From Lama glama (Eukaryota): DNA of 60,000 nucleotides. The translations under genes and the position numbers were made by a program. The number at the start of each line of letters is the position of its first letter. The stretch's first letter is position 1. Location: contig CM052816.1 of the NCBI GenBank assembly GCA_028534125.1, positions 73,844,001 to 73,904,000 on the forward strand, written 5' to 3'. Under the pieces are notes generated by a model. It had not been told where the DNA came from. It saw only the letters and a program-made list of their open reading frames with translations, and did no database searches. Of the stretch, positions 37,943-50,984 are shown in pieces.

Positions 37943-39112
37943 TAAATTTTAAAAAGCATGAGGCTATTGAAAATTTCTTTTAACTCCTTGGAAAAATGCA
38001 CCATAAAAATAATAAATTCTTTGAAACTTCTGAAAATTTTTCCATACCAACCATGAAATTACTTGGGAACATAATTAATGAAGCCGAGAAGGCCACATGG
38101 ACAACACAAGCTCTGCCTCCAGTCCAGACAAGCTGAACAGCTTAGTACTATGTTTGTGAGTCTGTTGCAAGTTGCTGTTTGTTAACCTACACAAATTAAA
38201 TAATGGCCAACTAAGTGTCAGTAACCTTCAGGTCTTCCCAGGATGGTGGGGGCTCACGGGGCATAGGCCACAGTCATTTCATTACTCATAATTCACCTAG
38301 ATATTCAAAATAGTGCAAACTCCCTGAAAAGACCCTCTTTGTTTCATGAAAACCAGAAAAATTCTATCCAACTGAGGGTTTAGTAAGATGCCTTCAACTA
38401 ATCCGTGGCCTGTGGGTTCACTGGGAGCTAGTTTGGAAGGTCAAAGCTTACACACAAGGGAAAACAAAACATGTGCGAATGTAGCTGAATCTTTCGTCCC
38501 AAAGCGGTGCTGGAAAACTCATGTAAATATACAAATACACTGAGCTGTATTGTGAAAGGAGCCATTTGTTTTACTAAAACAAGTTGGTATGGTGCAAGAT
38601 TTTTCTTGGCAAATAAACAGAACACAGTGGAAAAATTTGTAAACAATGATGTTTTCTGGCAATTTTTAAAAAACTGAATGAACAGCCTTTCCAAAAGGTA
38701 AAAAACTTCCTTTTCCTCAATCCCCCATGAGATACTACTAACATATAATCACTTTAAAAGTCAAAACAGATGAAGAAATACAGCTCGATGATCAGCAGAG
38801 CTTGTTAAAAAGACCATTTGGTCACTAGAAGAGCTAACCAGCCAAATGCTCAACTTGGAGAGCGGTGCAGACCAAGCCAGCCTCGCCAGAATGGGCAGTC
38901 TCTCCATGATGGTCGCACACTAGAGTTCCGGAGGTGAAGAAATCACTCCTCTTCCCAGAATTCCTGTTATCTTAGTCCTCGTCACAGTGACGAAGGTTCA
39001 AATACAGGAATTGCTTTACTTACCAAATGTTACTACAGAGACCAAATGTTCTTGCTTAAACACAAGTCTCATTGGAAAAGTATTGGCTGAAGGTCAAAAA
39101 TATGGAGAAGAT

Positions 39113-39255
39113 GGGTGGACGGTATAGCTCAAGTGGTAGAGTGCATGCTTAGCATAGTCCTGGGTTCAATCCCCAGTACCCCCTCTAAAAATAAATAAAT
39201 GAGTAAACTTAGTTACTTCCCCCATGAAAAAATTAATTAATTAATTAATTAAAAT
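39113..39255 (+). mobile_element. tRNA-derived camelid SINE (Vic-1 type)
   Basis: A box TAGCTCAAGTGG (39125-36), B box GGTTCAATCC (39163-72), ccccagtacc, and an AT-rich tail with (ttaa)n. Confidence 0.9.
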
Positions 39256-39879
39256 TTTAAGAATTTAAAGATTAAAAAAAAGAGAGAGAAGAAAAGTTCC
39301 CCAAACGTAAGGTATATGATGTTAGCTTAAGAAATCTCAGCCTAGTATGGTCACACCTGTCTCCTGAGCAGATCCAAATCAAATGGATAAAGTCTGTCCT
39401 TAGCAAGCTGTACATCTTTTTTTCTACTTGGCCATTCGAAATGGTTGACCACACACACACACATACACACACACCCCATTCTGGACTCATTGTCTGACTC
39501 ATTTCATTCTTTAACATGCTCGGAAGTATATTTACATCAGATTTACGTTCAAGCTGCAAAGGACTGTGAATGTCTAAGATCAATTTATGTACAAAACATT
39601 TTCAAGTGAGAATTTTATACACTTTACCATACATAATTGTATAAAACTACGCATAAAAGACATACATTGTGTTTTGTTATCCAACGCCAATTCCTCCTCC
39701 CCAAGGAACTGGTAATAATCCTTAATTACTGTGGTTAAGAGACTAATTTTGGTGCAATTCTAGATCCTTTTCTCTGTATCTCACACTAGACTTAATCCAC
39801 CTAGTTTTCACTAGGATGTATCCTTACTTCAGGTTTTCCTCCATCAAAGTTCATAGATGCTACTTAAGTACTTAAAGTC

Positions 39880-40390
39880 TGTCTGCTCTCAGCCAAGTAA
39901 CCAATGTTAACAATCTGTTAACAACCTGTGTATATATTGTATACTCTTCTGCATGCTCACATATTCCTATAAAACACATGTATGTATATGAATGCACATA
40001 ATTTGATATATATATTAAGATAGATGTTGGGAATTTTCTTTGATCGTCAAGAATGAGGCTATATACATACATACATATATTTTTTTCTCACTTAAGAATA
40101 TCTCATGAGGGGAGGGTAGAGTGGTAGAGTGTGTGCTTAGCATACATGAGGTCCTGGGTTCAATCCCCAGTACCTCTATTAAAATAAACAAACAAACAAA
40201 CAAACAATCCTGATTACTCCCTCAAAAAAACAAAGAATATATAATGGAAATCCCTTCAAGGATTAATTTAGCTCATTCCTTTTAATGGTGGTTAATAGTT
40301 CATAGCAAGTATTTTCCAGAATTTAAGCAACCATTTCTCTATTGATGGGGATTCATTTCATTTTCTGTCTTTTCCCACTTAAAACAGTTC
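39880..40390 (-). mobile_element. Old L1ME-type 3' fragment hosting a SINE
   Basis: tcattccttttaatgg...aatttaagcaaccatttctctattgatggg is typical of a reversed L1ME. Confidence 0.6.
40108..40232 (+). mobile_element. tRNA-derived camelid SINE (Vic-1 type) with TSD
   Basis: ggggagggtagagtggtagagtgtgtgcttagcatacatgaggtcctgggttcaatccccagtacctc with a (caaa)n tail. TSD AAGAATATCTCATG (40094-107) versus AAGAATATATAATG (40233-46). Confidence 0.92.
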
Positions 40391-40559
40391 TATCCAATTA
40401 GAAGTAAAGGACAACGGAGATACATGTAAAAGCTTAATCTGTATAGCCAAGAGTGCATGCACAAGGCTTACTCCAAACAGATCACCAGAGAGGAATTATA
40501 CTTACACACTTTCTACTCTTTGTCCCCCTCAATTCCTTATCACTATGTAAAGTATGCAG

Positions 40560-41160
40560 TAGTTCCCCGCTGGTCTCCCTGCTTCCACTCTTGCCCTTCC
40601 ACATTCCATTCTTCACATGGCAGCCAATGAACTGTGAAAATAATAAATCATTCCCTTGCTCAGGACCTTCCAACATCTTCCATTCACACAAAAAAATGAA
40701 GTCTACAGACAACCAAGTCCTACATAGTCTGGTCCTTCACCCCAGCCTCATCACCTGACACCCTCCATACACTCACCCCACTAACAGAATTTCCTTTCTT
40801 GTTCCTGAACTGCACCAGGAATCCTCCAACTGCTCACCTTTGCACCTGCTATTCTTTATGCCTGAAACCTCTTCCCCAGAAGTCCTTTACTTTATTCAAG
40901 CCTCTGCTTAAATATCATCTCCTCAGAGAAGCTTTCTCTAATTATGATATTTAAAGTAGCCACTTACCTTGCTCTTTTGTCTTTGGATCCCTGATCACTT
41001 CCTGACATTACATTACATAATTCTATAATTATTTCTTTTCCTCCATTAGAATGTAAGCTCCATGCCTTCTCCTCCACAGTTTCCCCAGAACCTAGAACGG
41101 TACATAGCCTGTGGTAGGACTAAATATTTACTGTTGAACAAATGAATGAACAAATGAATA
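40560..41160 (+). mobile_element. L2 3' region
   Basis: ctttgcacctgctattc...aaatatcatctcctcagagaagctttc...tagaatgtaagctccatg...tgttgaacaaatgaatgaa. Confidence 0.85.
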
Positions 41161-42211
41161 TGTGGAAGGGTTAGAAAGGGGTCATCATAAGATAGGTACA
41201 ATACATGTAGACGTAGAGTCTTTTAGGAGAGCAGTACTTGGATGAATTTTGCCTAGATTAGCTCCAACGTGCACTTCATCTTGTGTCAGTACTTTATACG
41301 TTAACTAAATCTTCTCCACAAGCCTAGACAGTTAAAATTTTCTGTGAAAGCAGGCAGTTATGTAATGGCCCTAAGGATTTATTATGTTATTTGTACTGTT
41401 GCACACAGTTGCCTGAGTTGTTTTCATTTAATTTCACTCTTGTGGTCTCCCTGAGCATGAACTGCAGAGTTATTAGTGGACATCAATGACAACCCTGGAG
41501 AGAAAAATATCCCTATGTGTGGGGGGTGTTCAGTTTCACTTTGGGGAGTTATATGAAAAGGAACAATGGAAAATGGATGCTGAGTTGTATTGTTTCTCGT
41601 TTTACTTTGAGTCCAATATAATTCAAAAGACAAGACACTCCCATTATTTCCTATTTACAAATATTAATAATGTGTTTATGGATTTGAGCTCCAGTAAAAA
41701 GAGCTAGTTAACTAGTATCGGACAAGCATTCTATGAAATGAGAAGTGGGTGAGGATTCTATTAAGCAGAATTAAGCAATAGACAGGATTAACTCTTAACT
41801 ATTTTTAATGGAACTGTCTGCTGACTTGTCGTGATTTTACTGTTGTTTCTGCTCCCAGGGCTTTCCTTCAGAGACAACAGATTTAGTTGATTGCTTCCAC
41901 CACAAGCTTTGCAGATTCTATTTCTTATCCTGGGCAGACTCAAATAAATTTCCCAGTGGATTGAAGAAGGTAGATTTACCAGATGGTGGAGAGATTCATA
42001 TAAAAACAATCAGCCTGTGAATCCCTCCACCATGACCATGGCAAGTGTAGTGAAGTCATGCCTTTCCTGGCTAGGGCTTTCTCCCTTCGTCACCACTCCT
42101 TCCTCTTCAGGCATCTTTGATGTTGATTTTCACTTAACTTTATCTGAAACAAGATGCTGACAAAGACAGTAAAGCAGAGTGCATTCTTTTTGTTTTCAAT
42201 TTATCAAAGAG

Positions 42212-42425
42212 TTACATAGCTTACTATTTGTCAGACATTGCTCTAAGCATTTAAAATGTTATTTCATTTAATCTTCATGTCAACCCTATTAGGTCAAAGC
42301 TAATTAATGATTAATTGGTTAATTGATTTGTACATGTCGCAGAGCCAGAGACCAGCTGACCCAGGATTTGACCCTAGCAGAGTGGATCCAGGGTCCACAC
42401 TCATAACCACAAGTATGCTGCTCTT
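42212..42425 (-). mobile_element. MIR SINE
   Basis: agcttactatttgtcagacattgctctaagcattt...tcatttaatcttcatgtcaaccctat...ccaggatttgaccctagcag. Confidence 0.75.
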
Positions 42426-43324
42426 CTGCCCCTTGCCTCTGACAGCGTGGGGAAAGCGAAATCTCACAACAGCTTTTTCTTTCTCATTCAAAAAAGCTAC
42501 TTGTAAAAACTGACAGTTAAAAATAGAATAGCAACAAAACTCAACCACTATTTCTGTTTTAAAGCATATCTACCACCTAGGCAAAACCTAACTTAAGGAG
42601 GAAACTTTATTTGGAGAAAAAATGATGAGTAAAGTATTAATGCTTAACATCCTAGATTTAGGTTACACCACAACTATTTGTCAACAATAATTGCACTTGC
42701 ATTGATCATTTAAAACCTGTTCCAGAAAGGGGTTCTATTTCACAGGAACACCCATTTGTAAGCCTTGTAATCTGTGGTTAATTCCTGTAGGATTCCATTT
42801 ACCCCAATTTGTACAAACAAAATTAGGCTAGGTTTGTGTTGTATATACATTTGATTATATGTAATTAAGTATATATTAGCTCAGTATATCTATTATATCT
42901 AATATTATTTTATAGCAAATTTTCAGAATGTTCTGTACTGTGGGGAATTTGTCTCATGCAATATAATAGGAGGCAGGAATTGAAAAAGAGATCATGTGCT
43001 TTGAGAGAGGAAACTGGTAAGGAGAAACTGTTTGTAAAATACATAAACCAACAATGATGAGTTGAAGAATGTCATCCCCCCAGCTTGCATTTTATAGTTC
43101 CTCTCACCCTGCAACCTGAGATCTCAAACAAGATCTGCTCCTTTCATTCCAAAAGGGAATATTTGGTTACAGATTAATTGGTGGATAATCTAGGATGCCA
43201 TGAGCAATTTGCAGTAGAGTAAGGACTCAAATATTCCACCATTTTAAAAAATCGTTAAGAAATATTTCCCACCTTATCAAAACAGCAATAATCCAAAGCA
43301 TACTTTTAAAGCAGATTAGAAGAA

Positions 43325-43374
43325 CCTTAAACTAATACTGTAAATCAATTACACTTCAATTTTTTAAAACGTTG
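43325..43374 (+). mobile_element. 50-bp extreme L1 3' terminus flanked by a perfect 21-bp direct repeat
   Basis: ttttaaagcagattagaagaa at 43304-324 and 43375-395; the insert contains tgtaaatcaattacacttcaat. Confidence 0.8.
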
Positions 43375-44204
43375 TTTTAAAGCAGATTAGAAGAAATGTC
43401 CAAAACCTATTTGAGAAAAATTATAAAATCTGTGAAACTCACAAAAGCAGAACAAATCGAAAGACATACCATGTCCTTGAAGAGAACTCCACATGGTATA
43501 GATGTCATCTCTCCCTACATTTATTTATAAAGTAATGAAATCCAAATAAAAATAGCTCTCAGAATTTTTTTCAAAAACTAGGCAAGTTGGTTGTACATTC
43601 TGGAAGAAGTGATAAGCAGTAATAATAAGCGAAAATCTTAAAATAAGAGCAATGCAAAGGAGTAGTCTTACAGACATCTAGTGTATTTTAAAGCCCTTAT
43701 AATTGAAACTGTATGATACTGACCCATGAATAAACAGACTAATTAAATATAAAATCCAGAAACAGACCAAAGTATATATAGAAATTTATTATATAATAAA
43801 CAGCATGTCAAATAATTGGGGGAAAGGAGTCCTTAATACGTGGTTTGGAGACAACTAAAAAGTTATATGGGGGGAGAAAAACATATCCAGCTTTCATACC
43901 AAGTGAATTACGGATGGATCTAAATGTAAAAAATTATGGATGGATTGAAAGTACTAAACACAAGCATAATCGAATTTCTAAATAATCTGGGAGTAAGAAA
44001 ACCTTTCCTTACCATGACTCAAAATCCAGAAGCAATAATGGCAAAGACTGATATACTTGACGACGTTTTTACAAATTTAAGAATAATGATTTTACAAGGC
44101 AAAAAACTCTATAAGCAAAGTAAAAACAAAAACAACAAACCGGGCAGATTATCTGAAATTTATATCAGAGACAAAAGGTTAACACACTTCATATGAAAGG
44201 ATTA

Positions 44205-44545
44205 TATCCATCCAAACAGGTTAAATTTTGCTGTAGTAACAAACAACGTGAAACATTTCAGCAGCATAAAACATTATTTCTCACTTATGCTATATGTCTA
44301 TTATGTCCATTATCAGTTAGCAGGGAGCTCTATAATCAGATTGTCTCAGGGACCCAAACAAACGGAGGCTTTATCTCAATCCATGCATCCACAGTGGCAA
44401 GGGCAAGGGCCATGGGCTGGTTCTTCAAGCATCTGCTGAGAATGCATTTCACTTCTTGTCTTACTGGCCAAATCAAGTCTCACAGAGATGCTGAGTTCTA
44501 CAGGTGGGAGTATCAGTCTTTGTGAACAGTGATAACAAGCCCTAC
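44205..44545 (-). mobile_element. Old MLT1 (K/L/J-like) LTR nested in L1
   Basis: aggttaaattttgctgtagtaacaaacaac...ttatttctcacttatgc...ctcagggacccaaac...tggccaaatcaagtctcac. Confidence 0.7.
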
Positions 44546-44620
44546 AAAGAGTTTCTAGCAAGGGAGGAAAAATAAGAAAGAAAACTCTATATGAGAAATG
44601 ATCAATAGCTATGTTTACAA

Positions 44621-44828
44621 TAGGGCTTTTCATCCATGGCATTATTGGCATTTTCAGCCAGATACGCCTTTCCTGTGGGAGTGCTACCTTGTAGATTATA
44701 GGATGTTTAGCAGTATCTATCCATGAGATGCCAGTAGCGCTACCCTCCAGTTGTGACAACCAAAAATGTGTCTGGATGTTGCCAAATGTCCCCTGAGGGC
44801 AGGATCATCTACAGTTGGCAGCCAATGG
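44621..44828 (-). mobile_element. MER20 hAT-Charlie element
   Basis: aggatgtttagcagtatc...gatgccagtagc...ccagttgtgacaaccaaaaatgtgtctggatgttgccaaatgtcccctg. Confidence 0.9.
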
Positions 44829-46610
44829 TTTACAGAAAGTGAAATGCCAATGACCCTTAAACATATGAATATTTGCTCAACTTCACCCATAATAAGAGAA
44901 TCATAAATCAAAATCACAACATACCATTTACACTCATAAGACTGTATAAAATCTGAAAGCTGACCAACATAATCTCTTTGAAACTCCAAAATATATTAAA
45001 TGGAAAATCCAAAGTACTGAAAAGTGTTTGAGTATGCCACCATTTATCCATAAAAGATTGGAATACAAATGTGTATTGATTTTTTTTTTAATTTTTGCAA
45101 AGGAACAGTAGAAGAACAAGCACTAAAAAGAAAAAAAAAAAGCTACCTATAGGTGAGGGGAGGAAACAGAGGAAGGTTACAGGCATGAAAGCCAGACAAT
45201 TGAATGTGGTTTTGATTTTGGACATTTACATGTTTCACGTAATCAGGAAAAAAATTTAAGCCATTCCCCAAATTTAAAAATAAATAAACCTAACGTTATA
45301 AAGTTGATGGCATAATCACATGGAGAAGAATTATTTCAAATATTTTAAAATATAGCATTTGTATTGTACATCAATACTGAATTACATCTTAAGGACACAA
45401 AGAACCTCAAAAAAACTTAAACTCCATTTAAATGTCATATTGTTAGTAGTGATAGTATCATTGTTTTTTCAAAACCATACAGAACTCCAATATTTGGATA
45501 AAGTAAATAGATAATATATTAATGTCATTAGTCAAGATTCAGTGTAAAAGAGGTATAAAGTCAAAATGATGAATTCATGATTTACTTTTCTCTTTCTAAA
45601 AAACAAATATTAAGTAGCTCTGACCACTGAAATGGTCTGGGAACAATGACAAGTCAGTAGTAATGAGCCCACTAACACCCAGATCTCTAAACACCGCTTT
45701 CCAGTTGAGCAAACAATATATAAGTTGAGCCTGGGAAACCGACTTGGCACAAATCAACAAAGCTGTCAGAAACTACCATAGTCGTGTCATAAGAACATAG
45801 AAGCTAACTTGCGTGCGCCTACTGGTTGAAGAGGGCTCTTACAGAGCAAAGAAAATTTTAGCATTTAAAAAAAATCAAATATATAAAAATATATGGGTTT
45901 ATCAATACTGAAAAAAAGAAACCTACACAACCACCTCTTTGGTGACCGTTGAATTTCTAGGGTGTCAACTCATTATTCTGAAATAATTAACTGATAATAA
46001 AGGGAAATGATTAATTATTTCCCTGTCTTTTCTGCACAAACTCTACTTGAGGGCAACCAAATTATTGTTGAGGTAAAGATTTCCAACTCTAATGCAGAAG
46101 AAATAACAAAGCTGCTAAAACCATAAGGTTGTTGGAAACTTTAAAATAGGAATCAAGCTGAAAACACCTGCAGTCACTAGTCAGTGTTAACACCATTAAG
46201 AGTGAGACAGCTTACCTTATATACCTCCTGATATGATGCAATAAGTACACAGCATTTCCTTTGAAGTAACTCAAATTTTTTTAATTTGTATATAATTATC
46301 CTTAAATTTAACAACGAATTTATAGGAAGTATGTGACATAAAGGAACAGACTAAATGATGTCATGAAGTTACAATCAGCCAAATCTAGAGTGAGGGACAT
46401 TCAATAGCACAAATGACCTGGCTTCTTTGACAAATTAATGGCATTAAGGAGAAAGGGGATGGAGGGACAGAGAACCTGTTACAGACAGAAGAGAATTTAA
46501 GAAACACATAAATTAAATATAAATGTAGGTTTTATTTAAATCTTGCTTCATAAGCCAACTGGAAAAGACATTTTTGAGAAAATTAGGAAAATCTTAAATG
46601 GTCTTAGATT

Positions 46611-46883
46611 TATTTTTTTGCATTGAATTATAGTCAGTTACAATGTGTCAGTTTCTGGTGTACAGCACAATGTCCCAGTCATGCATATACATACGTATAT
46701 TCATTTTCATATTCTTGTTCATTAAAGGTTATTACAAGATATTGAATATAGTTCCCTGTGCTATACAGAAGAAATTTGTTTTCTATTTATTTTATATATA
46801 ATAGCTAACACTTACAAATCTCAAACCCCCAAATTTATCCCTTCCTACCCCCTTTCCCCTGGTAACCATAAGATTGTTTATTA
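46611..46883 (-). mobile_element. Young camelid-type L1 3' end
   Basis: ttgaattatagtcagtttacaatgtgtcagtttctggtgtacagc...ccctggtaaccataag; possible TSD TAGATT at 46605-10 and 46884-89. Confidence 0.9.
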
Positions 46884-47919
46884 TAGATTACATTATGGAA
46901 TAGGTGTTATTTTTATTAGGTATAACAATAGTATTGTGATTATATTTTTAAGCCCTTCTCTGTTAGCAATACCTACTGAAGTAGTAATAGGTAAAATAAT
47001 ATGAAGTCTGGAAAAATCTAGGATTTGTTCCCAGTTGATAGGAACGCGAAGAAAGCCAAAGCATGAGGAAAAAGATAAAATAAAACTGGCAAATTACTGG
47101 GAATTGATGAAGCTGGGTGATAGATACATTGAAGTTCAGTATACTAATTATCTTTGTTTTTATGGGTGTTTGAAAAGATTTTTAAAGTTCTTGGACAGGT
47201 TCAGGTATGACACATCAACCATCAACAGCTCTAGCCAGAACCTGTCTAACTGATCCTTCTTGATACGACTGAGAAGCATATATACCACATACTTAACACA
47301 CACATGATGCTGTGTGCTCATCTTCCACCCTCGTTACTCAAGTATCTCAATTCTGCATGGCCCCAGGCCAAGGAAATAAGGGACTGAATACAGCCCTAAA
47401 AAATAATAGACAACATGAGTCAGCTGGTTCCACAAGCTAGTGACACCATAAAAACATTTGATTGGGGGCTAGCCTGGTTTAGGGTAATGTTGGCTTTACT
47501 TATGTTGGATGAGAAGTGTGTTTGTTGGGACCCTTAATGTGGATGTTCCAGAATAATGACAATATTTAGATATCAAAGCTGAATGAAAAATGAGACACTC
47601 CCAAAATTCATAAACTGGATTTACAACTCCTTTCTGGCACCATGCTTTCTCTATGGACCACATCACAGAAGGATCTCATTAGAAATAAAATACACAAACA
47701 GCGTATGTGACGACTTTGCAATCCTCTAATGCTTCGGGGCTAGTGGACTAGATGTGCAAACAACAACACTATCAAATGATCCCAGAACAACATCTTAAAT
47801 CCCTTTGTGAAATATTTGGTGCTGTTGAAAAAAAAGAAAATTGTGACACAAGATCAGCTGTAAGAACACTGTTATGCAGTTTTAAATGATAAAAATTAAA
47901 ACTTCTGAAAAAAATACTT

Positions 47920-48109
47920 CTGAGTCATAGAAAGCACACAGATTTTTGAGTCAGGCAAAGGTTCATTCAAATCCCACTCCCATCACTTGCCCAGGTGTGT
48001 ATCCTGTGGGCAGGCTGTTTAACTTCTCCAAGCCGCACTCTCTTCATTTGTCAAGTGGAAATGAAAAGGCCTATTTAACAAGGCTGTTGTAAGGATTAAA
48101 GACGATCTT

Positions 48110-48142
<33 letters not shown>

Positions 48143-48195
48143 CAAGCCCTTAGTAAAACACATAATAAGAACTAAATAAATAGTAACTATTATAT
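47920..48195 (+). mobile_element. MIR SINE containing a (CA)n repeat
   Basis: ttcaaatcccactccatcactt...tcttcatttgtcaagtggaaatga...gttgtaaggattaaa. Confidence 0.8.
48110..48144. repeat. (CA)n microsatellite
   Basis: About 17 AC units with one interruption. Confidence 0.95.
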
Positions 48196-48648
48196 TACAT
48201 CAGTTGGATTGACAAAATGTTCTAGCCATTTAAGATGGGAGGCTCTAAAATTGTTTCGCTATAAAACTGGAAAAAAGGAGTTCAACAAACCGTTTTAAAG
48301 ACTATTTCAGATCCATAACAAAACATGAACACTTAATGGATCATTTATCAATGCTGAATGCAAGTCTCCTCTGATGTGGTGCGAAGAGGTATCTAATTCT
48401 ACATGCAAAAGCCAAAATTACATTACTGAAAATGCCTTGGGTGAAGAGAACAGTTGGTCAGTGGAAATTTCAGTTTACTGTTTCCTAGTCATGAAATTTC
48501 CATCGGTCCATTTACCACATCACTTTAATTGCTTCTCATTGATTCCTGCCCAGCCTGGTGTGCAATTCCCATGGCTACGCCTGCCTTGTGTGCTCATCCA
48601 TTATTTCGCCTCGAAAATGCATTTACCTTTTTCTTTGTCACATAAATA

Positions 48649-48943
48649 CAGTCTTCCCTCAGTATCCGAGGGCAATTGGGTCTGAGACCCCCGTAGATAC
48701 CAACATCCATGGATGCTCAAATCTCTTATATTAAAATGGCATAGTATTTTCATATAACCTACACACATCCTGCTGTATACTTTAAATTGTCTCTAGATTA
48801 CTTATAATACCTAATACAATGTAAATCCTATGTAAATGGTTGCCAGAATGAGGCAGATTCAAGTTTTGCTTTTTGAAATATCCTGTAATTTTTTTCCCAA
48901 ATATCTTTGATCCACAGAACCTGGAGATACAGAAGGCCAACCC
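48649..48943. mobile_element. MER2B-like TcMar-Tigger MITE
   Basis: TA-cagtcttccctcagtatccgaggg ... gatacagaaggccaaccc-TA; internal tactttaaattgtctctagattacttataatacctaatacaatgtaaat. Confidence 0.9.
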
Positions 48944-49134
48944 TACTTGATTGTCCATTTTTTTATAGTATACCTTCATAAATTTATTAGTAAGGTCATT
49001 TCTAGTGTGTGATAATTTGAGGAGGCTAACTCTTACCTATTCCTTTGCAAACTCACCATTTATGGAACAAATTAGTATCATAAACATGCTTCAGTCAGTT
49101 GTTTCTTCTTTGGCATTTGCAAAACACTTTGTAT

Positions 49135-49380
49135 TAATAATAACAGTAGCTAAAACTTATTGAGCACTCATGTGCTAATAACTCTACTAAATGTCTAAAA
49201 TGCATCAAATAGCATAATCCTAAAACAACCCTATAAAGAAGGTACTATTATAATCTCCATTGCATAACACGGAAACTGAGGCTGAGAAATGTTCAGCTAG
49301 TTTCTAGAGTTCACATAGCTAGTATATGGAAGAATTGGAATAAAAGCTCAGTAAGTCAGATTCCAGAAACTTCCCTGTTA
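49135..49380 (-). mobile_element. MIR SINE
   Basis: tagctaaaacttattgagcact...aacaaccctataaagaaggtactattataatctccatt...ggaaactgaggctgagaaatgtt. Confidence 0.85.
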
Positions 49381-50284
49381 TTTTTTTCCCTCTTGGTAGT
49401 TAGGATTCTATCTTGTAATTACTGTATAAGCTTTTAATATTATTTATCAAATAATAAAAATACAAGCTCCAAGCCAATAAATACCTTATCATTCATCTGT
49501 GTGTCCCCAGTGCTTTAACTTAGACCCTGGCAGATATATAAACAATCTATTTTTGTGGAATGGATAAATCAGTTGCTGTCACACAAAAATGTAATTATCT
49601 TCAGTAAAGTTGCGAGATTTTTGCTTCATTTTGTTTTTTAACCAAATCTGAAGAATTTCATATTACTCATTACCAACAGACTAACATTAATTTTTAAAAA
49701 CATTCTGATCTATTAATTTACTACAAACCCCCTGAGAATGTTACATGAGCAATAATATGTCAGTAGTCTAGTATTTTTGGTACTTACATGCCCCTCTTAT
49801 AAATTCCTAATTCTACCAAAATCCACCTCTCTGCCTATCTGTGCCTAGCATGAGAAACTCTGTGTGACTAAAGCAAACCACCATGCCATGGGTCTCACTT
49901 TACATTTCTTTCCAGCCACCTAAAAGGGGCTCTTGATACTGCCTGGCAATTGTCATGTCCCTGGTCCATTCACTGTACTGCTTGCCCAGAAATCTCTCTC
50001 TCAGTGCTCTATTGGAACTGCAGACACCTCCTCCGTCTCCTCCTCCTCAGCTCTGGGCCTTACAGAAAACAGAAGAGCAGCTTTCACATCTTCCCCTCAC
50101 CACACCCACTGCTCTATGCACCCTGCCTCCCTGCCTGTTAGAACCGGTGAACTGCCCACGCTCCGAGACCAGCTCCTGAGCGTTTCCATGGTTTTCGTCT
50201 GCTCTCACTAAATCCCTGTCCTGGCTTCTGCGGTTGCTCCTACTCTCTTCTGCATCACAGTTTTCCTCTCGCTGGATCAGCAGC

Positions 50285-50930
50285 GTTATTTTCTTCTTCT
50301 TGAAACACTTCTTTCCCTTACTTATGAGATATCACTCCCTCTTGGTTCTTTTCCTTTTTCAGTGGCTGCTCTTATTTAGTCCCCTTTGCTGATTTTTTCC
50401 CTTATCTTCCAAAATGTTAAATGTTAAAGTACTAAGACCTATTCTGTTCTCTATCCATACTCACTCCTAGGTGAGCTCAAGTTGATAAATTCTGTCGATA
50501 CCTTTATGACCTTCAACCCCAATTTCTCCCTGAACTCTTGTCTCTTACATACAGCATTTTCACTTAGATTATTAAAGGCATCTCAAATTGAATATGTCCA
50601 AAATTAAATTCTTGATTTGCCACCCCAAAACCTACTCCTCTCCAAATTTTTCTCATTCCAATGAATGGCAACTCCATCTTTCTTCTTGTTCAGGCCAAAA
50701 ACTTTAAAGTGACCCTTAACTCTTTTCACTCTATCAGCAAATCCTGTCGGCACTGTCTTAACAATAAGTATCGAATTTGACCACTACTCACTGGCATTGT
50801 TAATATACTAACTGGAATCACTGACATTTTACCAAGAGATTATTGGCCTCCCAACTGGTATCCCTGCTTCTGTCCCTGCTCATCTTCAGTCAGCTGAATA
50901 GCAGAGTGATCTTTTTAAAAATATGTCTCT
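50285..50930 (+). mobile_element. L2 ORF2 3' region
   Basis: cttcttgaaacacttctttccc...aggcatctcaaattgaatatgtccaaaattaaattcttgat...aatggcaactccatctttc...cagagtgatcttttt. Confidence 0.85.
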
Positions 50931-50984
50931 TCCTATATCCTTTTCCTCTTCTTTCCTTCCTAATTTTCCCATCCTTTAAAAATT

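Larger units (their letters stand above)
43380..47185 (+). mobile_element. Long degenerate L1MC-type element (ORF2 3' half and 3' UTR) with nested MLT1, MER20 and young L1
   Basis: gaaagacataccatgtcctt, atccagaaacagacc and atgactcaaaatccagaagcaata, plus a 3' UTR ending tgaagctgggtgatagatacattgaagttcagtatact. Confidence 0.8.

Noticed and set aside
39121..39185. tRNA gene (A and B boxes)
   Set aside because: No complete cloverleaf or acceptor stem; it has an AT-rich tail and a second copy at 40108, so it is a SINE.
43936..44525. Tandem overlapping 86-aa and 110-aa ORFs
   Set aside because: They lie within decayed L1 ORF2 and an MLT1 LTR; chance open frames.
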